IMG/VR virus record: IMGVR_UViG_3300033068_001847
Coordinates: 120,210 to 184,209 of that record
Reading direction: 5' to 3' (one strand)
Length of the DNA stretch: 64,000 bases
From: a virus
Taxonomy: Duplodnaviria; Caudoviricetes
A program made the translations under genes and the position numbers. Numbering within the stretch: the stretch's first letter is position 1; each line of letters begins with the position of its first letter. Below are positions 62,343-64,000 of this stretch, piece after piece. The notes under the pieces were generated by a model. The model did no database searches, was not told the DNA's origin, and worked only from the letters and a program-made list of their open reading frames with translations.

Positions 62343-63812
62343 ATGGGTAATTATTTAAATACTGAGAAATTTATAGAAATAGCTAAAGTAACTCATAATA
62401 ATAAATTTGATTATAATAGATCCGAATTTGTTAATCAACATCAACCTATAATAATCATTTGTCCCGATCATGGTGAATACCTACAAGCACCTCGTGATCA
62501 TTTAAGATCTACTTATGGTTGTCCAAAGTGTGTTAAGAAAGTCAGAAGCTCCAGTACTATAGCGAAGCAGTTCGATAAATTTAAGGATAAAGCTGATAAA
62601 AAGTTCGGAGATAAATTTAAATATATTCAAAGTTCGTTTGTAAATACAAATACACCGATCTCAATTATCTGTGATAAAGGTCATAGTTTTAAACGTGATC
62701 CTGATGTACATTTAGTTAGTACTACAGGATGTCCAGTATGTTATAAGGAATTACAATCTAAAATTAGAGAAGAGAAAAAAATAGCTATAAAGAACAAACC
62801 CAAATATGTAAGAGCTACAAAACCATTAAGTTATTTTATTGAAAGAGTTGAAAGTAAATTTGGTAAACATATTTTTGATTTTTCGCAAACTATCTATCAT
62901 AATCAGATATCACCAGTAACGGTTAGGTGTATTAAGCATGATTTTTATTTTACCAAAAAAAGAGCATCTAAATTATTAGAAAGTAAAGGGTGTCCTAAAT
63001 GCAGTGCAGAACAAAAAGCAATAGCTTCACGTCTTACAGAAGAACAATTTATTGAAAAAAGTAAAAATCAGTTTGGAACTAAATACGATTATTCAAATTT
63101 AAACTATATCAAAACACGAGCAGATATTAAAATTAGATGTATCGAACATGATCATTGGTTTACAACTTCAGGTAAAAATCACATTGACTCTGATTTAGGA
63201 GGTTGTAAATATTGTATAGGAGAAATGATCAGCAGGAACAGTGTGTCAAATACTGAAAAATTTGTTGAACAAGCTACCTTAATACATGATACAAGATACG
63301 GTTATGCTTTAGTTGATTATAAAACAGCTAAAGATAATGTTAAAATTATATGTCATAAACACGGTGTCTTTAATCAAATGCCAGCAACACATTTAAATGG
63401 TGGCGGGTGTATTTTTTGTACGACATGGGGTGGATCTATTGAGTTTAAATTTTTGTCAATCATTAAAGAAGCTTTCCCTGATGAAGAAATCATTACCCAA
63501 GCAAAACCTTTATGGCTCGGACGACAAAGATTTGATATATATTTTCCAGATTATAATATAGCAATTGAATTGCAAGGCAGACAACATTTTAGAGTAGTTG
63601 GTCATTGGGGAGGAAAAGATGGGTTGGAATCTGTACAAAAACTCGATGAGAAAAAATATAATCTAGCATTAGATAATGACTGTAAATTATATTACTTTAC
63701 ATATGTTAAAAGCAAGTTCTTACCAGAAACTTATTTAGATAAACTCCATGTTGATCCAACAGAATTAATAAATGAAATAAAGTCAAATATTTTGGCTCAA
63801 AAAAATTTGTAG
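62343..63812 (+). mobile_element. Putative homing endonuclease: about five DUF723-like Zn-binding repeats plus C-terminal DUF559/PD-(D/E)XK nuclease
   Basis: Repeats of F..K....Y.Y....Y......I.C..H.....H....GC..C; RFDIYFPD.NIAIELQG.QH. Confidence 0.8.
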
Positions 63813-63903
63813 AAAATTTTTTACCAACCAGAATATTTTCACTTTCGTTTCGAAAAATCCAAAACTTTTTATTCAAAAATAGTACAAAATTTTTTCATGT
63901 ACT

Positions 63904-64000
63904 CCCCGCCCCTAAAAGGGGGTAGGGGGAGGGGGGTGTATAAGGGGATACCCCTAGGGGGTCTCCAGTAGGGGGTAGTCATGGGGCGGTATGTATGGGG
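63904..64000 (+). other. G-tract-rich non-coding island (G-quadruplex-competent), truncated by the window edge
   Basis: Eight runs of 4-6 G in about 85 nt of an otherwise very AT-rich sequence. Confidence 0.7.

Noticed and set aside
1-64000. Alternative genetic code (stop-codon reassignment as in some Bacteroidota phages)
   Set aside because: Core genes (MCP, portal, terminase, ThyA, NadE) are full length in the standard code and coding density is high.

Overview
This 64 kb window is AT-rich, densely coding and belongs to a large T4-like (probably jumbo) tailed phage. The host is most likely in the Bacteroidota, judging by TAnnTTTG/TTTG host-type promoters, no obvious Shine-Dalgarno sites, and DUF4494 and Hc1-like genes. 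The minus strand carries a head-morphogenesis module (terminase, portal, holin, prohead protease, scaffold, gp23-type major capsid protein) plus scattered virion/lysis genes, most of them preceded by a TATTTAT motif. The plus strand carries early/middle genes: RNA repair (ligase, PNKP, CCA enzyme, AlkB), nucleotide metabolism (ThyA, DHFR, deoxyribonucleotidase, deaminase), an NAD/ADP-ribose cluster (2OG oxygenase, ADP-ribosylhydrolase, NMNAT-PRTase fusion, NadE), several homing endonucleases and many small unknown ORFs. The most unusual signals are five: (1) a family of about 11 diverged paralogs, some fused to short peptides resembling helicase, terminase or capsid motifs; (2) a candidate phage NAD-rebuilding pathway without the NAMPT-type enzyme of NARP1/NARP2, alongside two late-expressed ADP-ribosyltransferase-like proteins; (3) a shared N-terminal capsid-targeting-like leader on late cargo proteins; (4) a GIY-YIG endonuclease that split DHFR and supplied a recoded start; (5) a G-tract island at the right edge. 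All protein assignments come from motif recognition by eye, not database searches. No tRNA, rRNA or CRISPR array was seen.
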